A stretch of 64,000 nucleotides of DNA from Bacteroidota bacterium (GCA_020048645.1 JAIFMG010000040.1:20068-84067), one strand, 5' to 3'; shown: positions 36,979 to 46,979, numbered from the stretch's first letter. A program made the numbers and translations. The notes: generated by a model not told the origin, from the letters alone.

Positions 36979-37181
36979 CATTTCGAAGCGTCCCATGTGC
37001 GAGGCCGAACCGGAACCGGCCTGGCAAGCGCTTCATTTCCAGCGCTTTGCGCTAGGGTGGAAATGACCGTGGAAAATCATCTTGGAGGAATGGTGGAAAA
37101 ATTGTACCTTTCGACCGTTTCACTTTATTGGTTGAAAACTTAACCCCGTCATCCTCCCACCCTAAAATCCCCCCTTGAACC

Positions 37182-37715
37182 ATGAGCAGGACGAACGTGA
37201 TCACGAACTACTCGGCCGGCAAGGACCCGATCAAGCGCAAGGTCGTCGAGGCCGGCTTCTTCGCCTTGGGCCGCACCTTGCAATCGGCCTCCCGCTTCGA
37301 GCCGGAGGTGATGAAGGAATCCGAGAAATGGCCCATCGGCTTCTCTTTCAGCATGGACGTGCTGCCCAACGGCCCCAGCCTGGCCATGGAGAAGCGCCGC
37401 GAGGGCCTGGTCTTCCTGGGCCTGAAGAAGAAGGCCGACGCCGACCTGGTGGTGGACATCAAGAACCTGAGCACGGCCTACCGGATGATCATCACCGAGG
37501 TCGGCGCGCACCACGTCTTCGCCGAGCACAAGATCGGGGTCAAGGGAAGCATCGCCGAGTCGCTGCGCCTGATCCGCATGATCTACGTGGCCCAGGGCTA
37601 CCTCTTCCCGGGATTCCTGAGCCGCAACGTGCTCAAGGCGCCCATGAAGATGGACCTCAACCGGCAGCTCAACCGCCTCAAGCTGCTCACCCGCGGCCTG
37701 GTGCTGGGCCAATGA
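37182..37715 (+). CDS. Hypothetical protein (177 aa), first gene of the ADH/ALDH cluster
   Basis: It has an ATG start and host-like codon usage. I recognise no motif. Confidence 0.55.
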   Translation: MSRTNVITNYSAGKDPIKRKVVEAGFFALGRTLQSASRFEPEVMKESEKWPIGFSFSMDVLPNGPSLAMEKRREGLVFLGLKKKADADLVVDIKNLSTAYRMIITEVGAHHVFAEHKIGVKGSIAESLRLIRMIYVAQGYLFPGFLSRNVLKAPMKMDLNRQLNRLKLLTRGLVLGQ

Positions 37716-37774
37716 GCCAGCCCGCCCCGACGTTTCGCCCCCATCCTTCACCCCAAAAAAACACCCTCCTCATC

Positions 37775-38962
37775 ATGATGCCGACTTATTACGAGTTCTA
37801 CAACCCCGTGAAAATCAACGCGGGAACCGAAGCCCTGGAAACCATTCCCTACGAAATGGGCATGATGGGCGTCAGCCGTCCGCTGGTGGTCACCGACCCG
37901 GGCATTGTCCGGGCGGGCCTGCTCGAGCACGTGCTCCGCGGCTTCCGCGACTCGAACCTGACCATCGGGGCCATCTACGACCAGACCCCGCCCGACTCGT
38001 CGCTCGAAGTGGTCAACGAGATCGCCCGGATCTACAAGGAGACCCGCTGCGACTGCCTGGTGGCCGTGGGCGGAGGCTCCGTCATCGACACCACCAAGGG
38101 CGTCAACATCGTGGTCTCGGAAGGCACCGACGACATCGCCAGCCTCACCGGGGCCGACCGCCTGAGCAAGCCCCAGCGGCCGCTGATCGTGGTGCCGACC
38201 ACTTCGGGCACCGGCTCGGAGGTTACGCAGGTGGCCGTCATCTCCGACACCCGCAACAACGTGAAGCTGCCCTTCACCTCCAACCTGCTCATGCCCCGGC
38301 TGGCCGTCCTCGACCCGCGCATGACCATGAGCCTGCCGCCCAAGATCACCGCCGCCACCGGCATGGACGCCATGACCCACGCCGTGGAGGCCTACACCTG
38401 CCTCCAGAAGAACCCGCTCAGCGACGCCTACGCCGTGGCCGCCATCGGCCTGCTGCGCGACAACCTCATCGAGACCGTCAAGCAGGGCAACGACGCCAAG
38501 CGCCGGTTCGCCCTGGCCAACGCCTCGCTCATGGCCGGCACCGCCTTCTCGAACTCCATGGTCGGGGCCGTGCATGGCATCGCCCACGCCCTCGGTGCCG
38601 TCGCGCACATCCCGCACGGGCTGGCCAACTCCATCCTGCTGCCCTACGTCATGCGCTTCAACCTCGACAACCCCCGCATGGCCGAGCTCTACGGCGAGCT
38701 GCTCCTGCCCCTGGCGGGCGACGAGGCCTTCGCCCGCGCCGCCAAGCGCGAGCGCCCGCGCAAGGCCATCGAGACCATCGTGCTGATGAACCACGCCCTC
38801 AACAAGGCCTGCGGAATGCCCAACAAGCTCGGCGAGGCAGGCGTCCGGCGCGAGCAGTTCGCCCAGATCGTCGAGAAGGCCATGGAGGACGGCGCCATGA
38901 TCTCGAACCCCAAGATGGTCAACGCCAGCGACGTTCTCGAAATCCTGGAGCTGGCTTTCTGA
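37775..38962 (+). CDS. Iron-containing (group III) alcohol dehydrogenase
   Basis: The ATG at 37775 gives MMPTYYEFYNPVKINAGTEALE.... It has LVAVGGGSVIDTTKG, TTSGTGSEVT and the histidine cluster GAVHGIAHALG...PHG. Confidence 0.85.
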   Translation: MMPTYYEFYNPVKINAGTEALETIPYEMGMMGVSRPLVVTDPGIVRAGLLEHVLRGFRDSNLTIGAIYDQTPPDSSLEVVNEIARIYKETRCDCLVAVGGGSVIDTTKGVNIVVSEGTDDIASLTGADRLSKPQRPLIVVPTTSGTGSEVTQVAVISDTRNNVKLPFTSNLLMPRLAVLDPRMTMSLPPKITAATGMDAMTHAVEAYTCLQKNPLSDAYAVAAIGLLRDNLIETVKQGNDAKRRFALANASLMAGTAFSNSMVGAVHGIAHALGAVAHIPHGLANSILLPYVMRFNLDNPRMAELYGELLLPLAGDEAFARAAKRERPRKAIETIVLMNHALNKACGMPNKLGEAGVRREQFAQIVEKAMEDGAMISNPKMVNASDVLEILELAF

Positions 38963-39008
38963 GCTGGATCCCAACCTCAAATCTCTCCCCCCCCCGACAA
39001 CCAGCGAT

Positions 39009-39590
39009 ATGGTGCAAAAAGACAGAATCAGGGAAAACATCGTGGATGTGGCCAAGGAAATCTTCCGAAAGTACGGCTACAAGAAGACGACCATGGACGA
39101 CATCGCGATGGCGGCCAACAAGGGCAAAAGCTCGATCTACTACTACTTCAAGAGCAAGGAGGAAGTCTATCGGGCTGTCGTAGAGCGCGAGGCCGAGCAG
39201 TTCGACGGCATCCTGCTCAAGGCCATCGAGAACGCCAAGACCCCGGCCGAGAAGATCGGCAGCTACATCCTGGCCCGCATGAAGGAAATCGGCAAGTTCG
39301 ACACCCTGCTTGACGCCCTCAAGAACGAGGGCCTCGGCCACCTGGCCTTCATCAGCAAGTTCCGAACCCTGCACGACGCCACGCAGACCCAGCGCTTCGC
39401 CGCGCTGCTCCGCGAGGGCGTCGAGCAGGGCCGGTTCCAGATCTACGACCCCGCGCTGGCCGCCGTGGCCATCATCACGGCCATGAAAGGCATGGAGGCG
39501 CCCATCTTCCTCAACCAGGACGACGAGTACAAGGAGAGCAGCATCCACGACCTGGTCAACATCGTTCTCTACGGCATCGTCAAGCGATGA
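39009..39590 (+). CDS. TetR/AcrR family transcriptional regulator
   Basis: N-terminal HTH IVDVAKEIFRKYGYKKTTMDDIAMAANKGKSSIYYYFKSKEEVY. Confidence 0.85.
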   Translation: MVQKDRIRENIVDVAKEIFRKYGYKKTTMDDIAMAANKGKSSIYYYFKSKEEVYRAVVEREAEQFDGILLKAIENAKTPAEKIGSYILARMKEIGKFDTLLDALKNEGLGHLAFISKFRTLHDATQTQRFAALLREGVEQGRFQIYDPALAAVAIITAMKGMEAPIFLNQDDEYKESSIHDLVNIVLYGIVKR

Positions 39591-39631
39591 ATCCACAGTC
39601 CTCGAAACCAACCCTCTAGCTCCCCCAGACC

Positions 39632-41035
39632 ATGCCCACGCAAGCCGTCCACCAGAACCCGCAGGCCGAAGCCATCGCGTCCTGCTTCTCCCAGCAGCGG
39701 GAGTTTTTCGCCACCCAGACCAGCAAGGACCTCGACTTCCGGCTCAAGTCCCTTGGTCGTCTCAAGGATGCCATCCTCAAGTACGAGTCGCAGCTCGCCC
39801 AGGCCCTGCACAAAGACCTGCGCAAGCATCCCTTCGAGTCGTACCTGAGCGAGACCGGCATGGTCCTCAACGAGATAGGCACGCTGCGCAAGCACCTGAA
39901 GGACTGGGCCAAGCCCCGCAAGGTCGGCGTCCACCTGGCCCACTTCAAGGCCGAGAGCTACGTGCTCAAGGAGCCCTACGGCCAGGTGCTCGTCATCGCC
40001 CCCTGGAACTACCCCGTGCTGCTCACGCTCTCGCCCCTGGCCGCCGCCTTGGCCGCGGGCAACACCGTTATCCTCAAGCCCAGCGAGCTGACCCCGCACA
40101 CCTCCAGCGTCATCGAGGTCATGCTCGGCGAGTTCTTCCCCAGCGAGTACGTGGCCGTCTTCCAAGGGCAGTCGCAGACCAGCCAGGACCTGCTCCAGTT
40201 GCCCTTCGACAAGATCTTCTTCACGGGCAGCACCCGCGTGGGCAAGATCGTCATGCGCATGGCCGCCGAGCACCTGACGCCCGTAACCCTCGAGCTCGGC
40301 GGCAAAAGCCCCTGCATCGTGGACCGCGACGCCCACCTCAAGCACGCCGCCAAGCGCGTCATCTGGGGCAAGTTCCTCAACGCCGGCCAGACCTGCGTCG
40401 CGCCCGACTACCTCCTGGTGCATTCCAGCATCAAGAAGCGCTTCCTGCCCCTGCTCAAGGAGACCCTCAAGGAGTTCTACGGCCCCGATCCCCAGAAAAG
40501 CCCCGACTATCCCCGCGTGGTCAACCTGCCCAACCTCAACCGGCTGCTGGCCCTGCTCGAAGGCCAGAAGGTCGTAGCCGGCGGCCAGCACGACGCCGAC
40601 GACCTCTACCTGGCCCCGACCCTGCTCGACGAGGTGGATCCCGAGAGCCTGGTCATGCAGGACGAGATCTTCGGCCCCATCCTGCCCATCCTCGAGTTCG
40701 AGGAGCTCGACCAGGCCATCGCCTTCGTCAACCGCAGGCCCAAGCCCCTGGCCCTCTACTACTTCGGCGAGACCGAAAGCCGCCAGAGCAAAGTTCTCGC
40801 CGAGATTTCCTTCGGCGGAGGATGCCTGAACGAGACCGTTACCCACCTGCTGGGCGACCTGCCCTTCGGCGGAGTCGGGGCCAGCGGCATGGGCAACTAC
40901 CACGGCCCGTACAGCTTCGACACCTTCTCGCACGAGAAAGGCATCCTCAGCAAGTCCAACCTGCTGGACCTGCCCCTGCGCTACCCGCCCTACAACAAGA
41001 CCAACTTCGAGGTCGTCAAGACCTTGCTTTCCTGA
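39632..41035 (+). CDS. NAD(P)+-dependent aldehyde dehydrogenase (class 3-like)
   Basis: VIAPWNYP, the catalytic Glu motif LELGGKSP and the catalytic Cys motif NAGQTCVAPDY. Confidence 0.9.
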   Translation: MPTQAVHQNPQAEAIASCFSQQREFFATQTSKDLDFRLKSLGRLKDAILKYESQLAQALHKDLRKHPFESYLSETGMVLNEIGTLRKHLKDWAKPRKVGVHLAHFKAESYVLKEPYGQVLVIAPWNYPVLLTLSPLAAALAAGNTVILKPSELTPHTSSVIEVMLGEFFPSEYVAVFQGQSQTSQDLLQLPFDKIFFTGSTRVGKIVMRMAAEHLTPVTLELGGKSPCIVDRDAHLKHAAKRVIWGKFLNAGQTCVAPDYLLVHSSIKKRFLPLLKETLKEFYGPDPQKSPDYPRVVNLPNLNRLLALLEGQKVVAGGQHDADDLYLAPTLLDEVDPESLVMQDEIFGPILPILEFEELDQAIAFVNRRPKPLALYYFGETESRQSKVLAEISFGGGCLNETVTHLLGDLPFGGVGASGMGNYHGPYSFDTFSHEKGILSKSNLLDLPLRYPPYNKTNFEVVKTLLS

Positions 41036-41056
41036 CCCTTCGCCCCCGCGGCACCC

Positions 41057-41106
41057 AGGCCCTCCCACGCCTAGCCCCCAACGGGCAGGCCGCGGGAGGG
41101 CCTTTT
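41057..41106 (+). terminator. Intrinsic terminator after the aldehyde dehydrogenase gene
   Basis: aggccctccc ... gggagggcct (10 bp, with further inner pairs gcc/ggc and gccc/gggc), followed by TTTT. Confidence 0.55.
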
Positions 41107-41113
41107 GCTCCTT

Positions 41114-41566
41114 TCAACCCAGCGACGCGTCGAAAACCGGATCGCCCTCCTTGTGAAATTCATCCGGATCATTCACGTAAATCGCTTCGATAGGCGCTTG
41201 CTCTAATATCCACTCCTCATCCATGCCGTTGTCTGCCAATTCAAAGCACAAACCTTCAACTTGAGGAATGCCGTAAACATACAGATCCTCGGTCCAGCTT
41301 CCATATTTTTCTTTCACCTCGCGCAATGTCGAGCCGATGCCGATGCCGTTGTATTTTCCCTTGAATCCGGTATAAGCACCAATTTGAATCAGCTTGTTTT
41401 TCTCTTTGGGTATCCAAAACTTAAAACAATTGTACGAAATAAAAACAGCGAAATCGTTTTCTTCATACCGAATGGATTCTTTGCCTTCGATATGTTGCAG
41501 CAACTGTTCGACACTCCACCCGATTTGAAATTTGTCGATTGATCCTGCCGGAATGATTTCATTCAT
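41114..41566 (-). CDS. Hypothetical cytoplasmic protein in a low-GC islet (immunity-protein-like)
   Basis: 150 aa, AT-rich relative to the flanks. I recognise no catalytic motif. The segment ...IGIGSTLREVKEKYG... is reminiscent of small immunity/BLIP-like folds. Confidence 0.5.
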   Translation of the reverse strand: MNEIIPAGSIDKFQIGWSVEQLLQHIEGKESIRYEENDFAVFISYNCFKFWIPKEKNKLIQIGAYTGFKGKYNGIGIGSTLREVKEKYGSWTEDLYVYGIPQVEGLCFELADNGMDEEWILEQAPIEAIYVNDPDEFHKEGDPVFDASLG

Positions 41567-41788
41567 CGCTCATTGGATTTGAAATAGACTGATCAGTCCT
41601 CGCAGTTCATTGCCTTCGTAAAAGTTGATGGGTTGTGTGGTAGTCTTTTCTATGACGTATTGGGGATGGTGTCGTGCAGGGTTTCGAAGCGATTTCCTAT
41701 CTGTATTCGCTGACTTGTTGAAGAGCTAAGAACCTAAGGGAACCTCTGAAACCAGAGTTAATTGTAAAATGTTTTGTACTTCTGTGGC

Positions 41789-42103
41789 TTAGGTTGCAAC
41801 TTCAATTCCTGTTTTTTTGATTTCTGCAACAAATGGATTTTCGGAATCAAAATCTTCATGGGAAATCGGATGGGGTTCAATCCTTGAATCAACCTGCGCA
41901 GCCAACAACATAAGTTGTACCTGGGTATCAAATCGCTTTGAATCATCCAGCTTTGTAAAAATCAATGCTACGTCTATGTCGCTATCCTCTGTCGATTTTC
42001 CTTTGGCATATGAGCCAAACAGATATGCGCTCTCGATATCATCAAATTTGCCCTTGATCAAATCTAGGTACTTTGCTATTGCAGTATCAATGTTTTTATC
42101 CAT
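41789..42103 (-). CDS. Minimal nucleotidyltransferase (MNT), antitoxin partner of HEPN
   Basis: AYLFGSYAKGKSTEDSDIDVALIF matches the GS-x9-12-DxD nucleotidyltransferase motif. The protein is 104 aa. Confidence 0.75.
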   Translation of the reverse strand: MDKNIDTAIAKYLDLIKGKFDDIESAYLFGSYAKGKSTEDSDIDVALIFTKLDDSKRFDTQVQLMLLAAQVDSRIEPHPISHEDFDSENPFVAEIKKTGIEVAT

Positions 42104-42483
42104 GGTCTCAGTTCTTTTAATTTATCAATCCACTCTGCGGTAAATTCATTCGTGCATTGTTTCTTGAAACTCATTTTGTAATCATCGTACCGGGCATTGA
42201 TGTTAAACGCTGTAATCGTAATGAGTTGCATTTTCAAATCATCTGTCAAACTCAATTCAGCTTTCTCGGCAAGTCTCAAAAGGTTGTGAATAAAAGGGGG
42301 ATAGTCAGATTTTATCTTGACATAATAAGCCTTTAACAGTTTCTCAATCATCAAATGGCCAATAAACAAAGACCAACTAAACCTTTTTGAATCAAACATT
42401 GCAATCATCGTCTCATAATCATCATCAGAGCCAGCAATCCAATACTCAATCAGTTTATTCTTGTTCAAATCTTTATTCTCCAT
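42076..42483 (-). CDS. HEPN domain protein (toxin partner of MNT)
   Basis: The ATG at 42483 gives MENKDLNKNKLIEYWIAGSDDDYETMIAMF...GHLMIEKLLKAYY...NLLRLAE..., a four-helix HEPN pattern. It overlaps the MNT gene by 28 nt. Confidence 0.7.
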   Translation of the reverse strand: MENKDLNKNKLIEYWIAGSDDDYETMIAMFDSKRFSWSLFIGHLMIEKLLKAYYVKIKSDYPPFIHNLLRLAEKAELSLTDDLKMQLITITAFNINARYDDYKMSFKKQCTNEFTAEWIDKLKELRPWIKTLILQ

Positions 42484-42991
42484 AAGTCCAAAATACGAAA
42501 ATATCAACAATCCAAGATATGAACAATGCCGAAATGCACTTTTGCCATCAAGCACAACATCATTGTTTCCATCCGCTTGAACCTCAACTCAAAAGCACGA
42601 CGGTACATTGGCAGTCCAATGAACAGCTTCGAAAATCCGATTCGGAAGTTCGGGAGTCCGCATACCAGCGGCGAGCACCCGTCAACATGGGCCCTGGAAA
42701 ATCCGAAGTTTTGAAGCGTAGCCTACTCATTGGGTGTTTGAAATTGACGATAGCCAAAGATACAACCTGTACTTTGGAAAAGCAAGTGCCTGGGCGTTTT
42801 TCTGGCGCTCGGGCGGGTTGTGGGTTGGGTGCTGACTGGCCAAGTGTCAAGCCTTTGGTTTTCAATCGGAAGCCTGCGTTTTAGAAAGCAGGGCTAGACA
42901 ACCTGGCAGATGACAATGGAAGCTTGAGTCTCGACGCGAATTTTGCAGGATGCCGGCGATTTGTGTTTTCACCCTCGTAAGCCGCTGGGGG

Positions 42992-44119
42992 TCAGGCCTC
43001 GAAAACCAAATCCGCCAGCAGCTTGGCATTCAGCGAGTTGGCGAAGGGGCGAAGCAGCAGCTCGCGGCGCTGGAGGCTCTCGCTGTCGAAGCCGCGGTCG
43101 AAGAGCTCGACGACGCGCTGCACGAACTCGGGGCCGGACTGGGCCAGCGCGCAGGCGCCTTCGAGGCCCGTGCCCTCGACCATCGGCGGGTTGGCAACGC
43201 AGTGCCGCCCCTTGTGCAGGGCGTGCAAGAGCTTGAGCTTCACGCCTGTATCCTGGAAGGTGGGCAGCACGTGGACATGGGCCTGGCTGACGAGCCGCTC
43301 CATCTGCTCCTCGGTGGGGTTGGGCACCCACTTGACCTGCGGCAGATGCTCGGCCTTGCGGCGCAGGGCCAGGCTGGGGCCTTTCCCGGCGATGAAGAAG
43401 GGCCAGGGCACCTCCGGAATGACTTCCGCGATGAGGAACTCCACGGCGCGGATGTTCTCCTCGACCTCCAGATTGCCGTGGTAGAGGGCGTAACTGCCTT
43501 TGCCCAAGGGCGATGCCACTTTGTCGTCGGGGTGGAAGGCGCTCACGTGCTCGACCCGCGTCTGGGGCAGGCGGGCCCGGAAGTAGTCGGCATCCTTGCG
43601 CGAAATGGCCGCGAGGGCGTCGGCCTTGGCCAGGTGCTCCTCGTGCGCACGCAGGCGTAGGCTTTCGATCTGGTAGTAGAAGCGCCGGGGCAGGTCGGCC
43701 CCGCTTTGGGCCAGCTCGCGGTAGTAGCGGTGCTCGACATTGTGCGAGCGGACCACTTGGCGCTGGCCGTCGAGGGCGGGGTGGCCCAGGAAGGAGGTGC
43801 AGTGCTGGCCCTCGAACAGGATGGGCAAGGGCTTGGCGGCCAGGTTCTTGAGCAGGGCGGGCACGCGCCGCGAGCGCACGATGAACGGCTCGGTGGAAAG
43901 GCCGCGCAGCCAGGAGCGCTCGCGGGGGTAGTAGCTCACCGAGGCGCAGATGCGCTCGAGCAGCCGCGAGGGCCCGCGCCCGTAGGTGAAGGCGTGCAGG
44001 TGCGTCTGGACGCCCAGGCGCGCTAGGCTGCGGATCTTGTGGAAGATGTCCATGACCCCGCCGTAGTCCGCCGGGAAGGGAACATTGAAGGCCACCAGGT
44101 GCAACTGCCGCTCGTCCAT
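42992..44119 (-). CDS. Glycosyltransferase (GT-B fold, family 1/4-like)
   Basis: This is the real gene at the 3' end of composite ORF 42992..46150. The ATG at 44119 gives MDERQLHLVAFNVPFPADYGGVMDIFHKIRSL.... The C-terminal half contains ...HVHVLPTFQDTGVKLKLLHAL.... Confidence 0.75.
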   Translation of the reverse strand: MDERQLHLVAFNVPFPADYGGVMDIFHKIRSLARLGVQTHLHAFTYGRGPSRLLERICASVSYYPRERSWLRGLSTEPFIVRSRRVPALLKNLAAKPLPILFEGQHCTSFLGHPALDGQRQVVRSHNVEHRYYRELAQSGADLPRRFYYQIESLRLRAHEEHLAKADALAAISRKDADYFRARLPQTRVEHVSAFHPDDKVASPLGKGSYALYHGNLEVEENIRAVEFLIAEVIPEVPWPFFIAGKGPSLALRRKAEHLPQVKWVPNPTEEQMERLVSQAHVHVLPTFQDTGVKLKLLHALHKGRHCVANPPMVEGTGLEGACALAQSGPEFVQRVVELFDRGFDSESLQRRELLLRPFANSLNAKLLADLVFEA

Positions 44120-44133
44120 GCGCTGGCCGCGTT

Positions 44134-46239
44134 CTAGGAATGGTGCCGGCGGCGGGCGTTCTGGTAGTGCTTCAGGGCGTGGTGCGTGAAGCCGAAGGAC
44201 TTGTCGTCCACGCGCATCTCGCCGCGGGTTACGTGCCCGAGGGTCGAGAAGGGGAAGCGGGCGTCGATCATGAAGTCGATGAACTCGGTCTCCTTGTCTT
44301 GGGGGACGCTGACCACGACGCGGTTCTGGCTTTCGCCGAAGAGAAACGAGTCGGGGCGGATCTCGGCGTCCATGGTCAGGTCGAAGCCCAGGCCCTGGTC
44401 GGACGAGACGCAAGACTCCATCAGGCAGGTGAAGAGCCCTCCGGCCGAGACGCTGTGGGCCGAGGCAAGCAGGCTCCTTTCGACGAGCTGTGGCAGCAGT
44501 TCCGAGAGGCGGACGGCCTCCTGGGCATCGAAGTAGGGCGGGGGCGAGTGCTTGACCTTGAGGAAGCTGTTGAGGTGCTCGGAGCAGGCCAGGTCCTCCT
44601 TGCTTTCGCCCAGCAGGAAGATCATGTGTCCCTTGGCTTGGAAGCTGGTGGTCAGGGGCTTGTCGGTTTCGACGCTTCCCCAAACGCAGACCACGGGCAC
44701 CAACGGCGGCTCTTCGAGGCCCGTGCCCGGGTTGGGCTGGAAGTCCACGTCGAGCTCGTGGACGGGCAGTTCGAAGCGGGCGGCGATGCTTTCGAGGCCG
44801 TGGACAGCCTGTCCGAACTGCCAGCGGACCTCGGGGTTGTCGCGGTCGCCCAGGTGCAGGCTCATGGCCATGCCCTGCGGGCGCACCCCGGCGCAGGCCA
44901 GCTTGCGGACGGCTTCGGCCACGAGGATCTGGCAGCCGATGGCAGGGTCGGCCTCGGCGTAGCGGAAGTTGGAAGTTGTGGTGGCGGCCCAGCGGCATCC
45001 GCCATGCTCGAAGGCCCAGACCTCGGAGAGCAGCACGGCTTGTCCGTCCTGGTCGGGCTGGTTCTTGAGCAGGTGGTTGAGCCAGTTCTTGCTGAGCACG
45101 TTGGGGTTCTTGATCAGGGAGTAGGCGGCGTGCTTGAGGTCCTTGACCTCCGGCAGGCTGGCCATGTCGTACTGGCTTTGCAGGGCCATCTTGGCGGGCA
45201 CGGCCGTCTGCTCGCTCCAGGGCAGGCGAGGGCCTTGGTAGAGGGCCGTGGTGATGGGCAGGGCGCAGACTTGCTCCTGCCCGTGCCAGACGCGGAGCGT
45301 GCGCTGGTCGTCGGTTTGGCCGAACGGCCTGGCGTTCAGGCCTCTTTTCTGGAAGACTTCCTCGAGTTCGTGCTGCTTGTCGGGCCGGACGAGCGCCAGC
45401 AGGCGCCCGCTGTTTTCGGCCAGGAGCAGGTCTTCGGCGCCCATTTCCTTGGCGGCCATGGGCAGGCGGTGGAGCATCGCCTCCAGGCCCACGCCCTCGG
45501 TCTCGCAAAGGCGGAAGAGGGCGTAGCCGGCCCCGCCCTTGGCAATGGCCCGGACGCGGCGGAGCAGGCGCTTTTCCTGGGCCTCGGCCACGGCTTCCAT
45601 CAGCATGAGCTCCTGCGACAGCTCCACGTCGTAGGAGGCGATGGCCTGGGTCGGGTCTTTCGAGAGCAGCTCGTGCTCGGCCAAGGACCGCGAAAGCGGC
45701 CGGGTGGAGGCGCCCAAGTGGTAGAGCGTGTAGGGGCCGCCGCCATCGCCCTGCGCCGGCTCGGGCGCTTCGGGCTGGACTTCCAACATCGAAAACACCG
45801 TCGTGAAGGGACGCTGCGAAAGGGCGCTGGCCAGGTGCAACTGCCCCCCCAGGAACGGGACCTGCGACGCCGCGCCCCACTCGCCCACCCTTTCGAGCCA
45901 GAGGTGGATCTGCTCCTGCGTGGCGGCCTCCTCCTGCGGCCCGGCGCCCAGGACGCCCAGGCGGGCCAAAGGCTCGGCGCCGCGCTCGAACAGGCTGGCG
46001 TTCAGCTTGGCCAGGTTGAAGCCGTGCGGAGCCTCGCCCTCGATGGGCAGCCGGTGCGCCTGCGCGGTCAGCGGGCAGCGGGCAGGCAGAAGGCCCTCGG
46101 AAGGAACCAGCACCCTCGAGACCTGGGGCCAGAGGTGGACCCATTTCCACTTGCGATCGCGGATGATTTCGGCCAGACGTTTTTCCAACAGGCTGGGCGC
46201 GCGTCCCAGCAGTTTTTCGATTTGCAATTGTGGATCCAT
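44134..46239 (-). CDS. PurL-like (FGAM synthase II / PurM-superfamily) protein with degenerate catalytic motifs
   Basis: The ATG at 46239. It is collinear with PurL across both halves (e.g. ...LASAHSVSAGGLFTCLMES..., FGESQNRVVVSV, AENSGRLLALV), but I could not find the SEHCSYK, ESHNHPS or GDPF-type motifs. Confidence 0.7.
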   Translation of the reverse strand: MDPQLQIEKLLGRAPSLLEKRLAEIIRDRKWKWVHLWPQVSRVLVPSEGLLPARCPLTAQAHRLPIEGEAPHGFNLAKLNASLFERGAEPLARLGVLGAGPQEEAATQEQIHLWLERVGEWGAASQVPFLGGQLHLASALSQRPFTTVFSMLEVQPEAPEPAQGDGGGPYTLYHLGASTRPLSRSLAEHELLSKDPTQAIASYDVELSQELMLMEAVAEAQEKRLLRRVRAIAKGGAGYALFRLCETEGVGLEAMLHRLPMAAKEMGAEDLLLAENSGRLLALVRPDKQHELEEVFQKRGLNARPFGQTDDQRTLRVWHGQEQVCALPITTALYQGPRLPWSEQTAVPAKMALQSQYDMASLPEVKDLKHAAYSLIKNPNVLSKNWLNHLLKNQPDQDGQAVLLSEVWAFEHGGCRWAATTTSNFRYAEADPAIGCQILVAEAVRKLACAGVRPQGMAMSLHLGDRDNPEVRWQFGQAVHGLESIAARFELPVHELDVDFQPNPGTGLEEPPLVPVVCVWGSVETDKPLTTSFQAKGHMIFLLGESKEDLACSEHLNSFLKVKHSPPPYFDAQEAVRLSELLPQLVERSLLASAHSVSAGGLFTCLMESCVSSDQGLGFDLTMDAEIRPDSFLFGESQNRVVVSVPQDKETEFIDFMIDARFPFSTLGHVTRGEMRVDDKSFGFTHHALKHYQNARRRHHS

Positions 46240-46380
46240 GACGTGTAAAGGTAGGAGGGTGTGTGGCCAGGTGTATGGCCGTGGGGCCAATTTAGCGATT
46301 TCCGCCCAGAGCGCAAAAGGCCCCCTCGCGCGCACGCTGGCGGGGCCCTCCGCGATGGGACGGAGCCTCAGGCCTCCACC

Positions 46381-46950
46381 TCACTTGGGCGCACTGCCCC
46401 AGCGCGCCTGCGCCCACAACTGCGCCCGATAGACCAGCAGGCCCACCAGCACTCCCCAGAGGGCGCCGCCTAGGATGTCGCCCGGATAATGCACGCCCAG
46501 ATAGACCCGGCTGTACGATACCACCGCAGCCCAGAGGAAGATCGCCCAGGCGTACCCGCTCCGCCCGAAATGCGAGGCGCTGAACATCGCCAGCGCGAAG
46601 GTGTTGGCCGCGTGCGACGAGACGAAGCCGAAGGCCCCTCCGCAGCCCCCGATCATATGCAGAACTGGCTGGAGGTCTGGCTCGTGGCACGGCCGCGGGC
46701 GCTCGAAGACGTTCTTGAACAACTGCACCGAGCCCTGGTCGGCCAGCAGAACCAGCAGAACCGTGAAGCCCAGGGTCCAGAACGCCTGCTTGCCCTGCGT
46801 GCGGAAAAAGAAGTAGAAAATCAGCAGATACAAAGGAATCCAGACCAGCTTTTCGCTGAAAAACCACATCACATCATCCCAAAATGGGGAATGCGCCCCG
46901 TTGAGCAGCAGCAGCAGGTCGGTATCGAATCGCTTGAGTTGTTCGAGCAT
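46381..46950 (-). CDS. PAP2-family phosphatase (undecaprenyl-/lipid-phosphate phosphatase-like)
   Basis: The ATG at 46950. The motifs are KNVFERPRP, SSHAAN and SRVYLGVHYPGD, matching KX6RP / PSGH / SRX5HX3D. Confidence 0.8.
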   Translation of the reverse strand: MLEQLKRFDTDLLLLLNGAHSPFWDDVMWFFSEKLVWIPLYLLIFYFFFRTQGKQAFWTLGFTVLLVLLADQGSVQLFKNVFERPRPCHEPDLQPVLHMIGGCGGAFGFVSSHAANTFALAMFSASHFGRSGYAWAIFLWAAVVSYSRVYLGVHYPGDILGGALWGVLVGLLVYRAQLWAQARWGSAPK

Positions 46951-46979
46951 GGCAGAGTCGTTGTTCGTTGGCCGCGAAC

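Noticed and set aside
42992-46150. A 1052-aa ORF. The same situation applies to 46381-47952 (523 aa), 24989-27259 (756 aa), 37175-38962 (595 aa) and 33361-34848 (495 aa).
   Set aside because: The N-terminal portions are Arg/Pro/Gly-rich alternative-frame read-through of the neighbouring gene. The real genes start at internal ATGs: 44119, 46950, 26603, 37775 and 33631.
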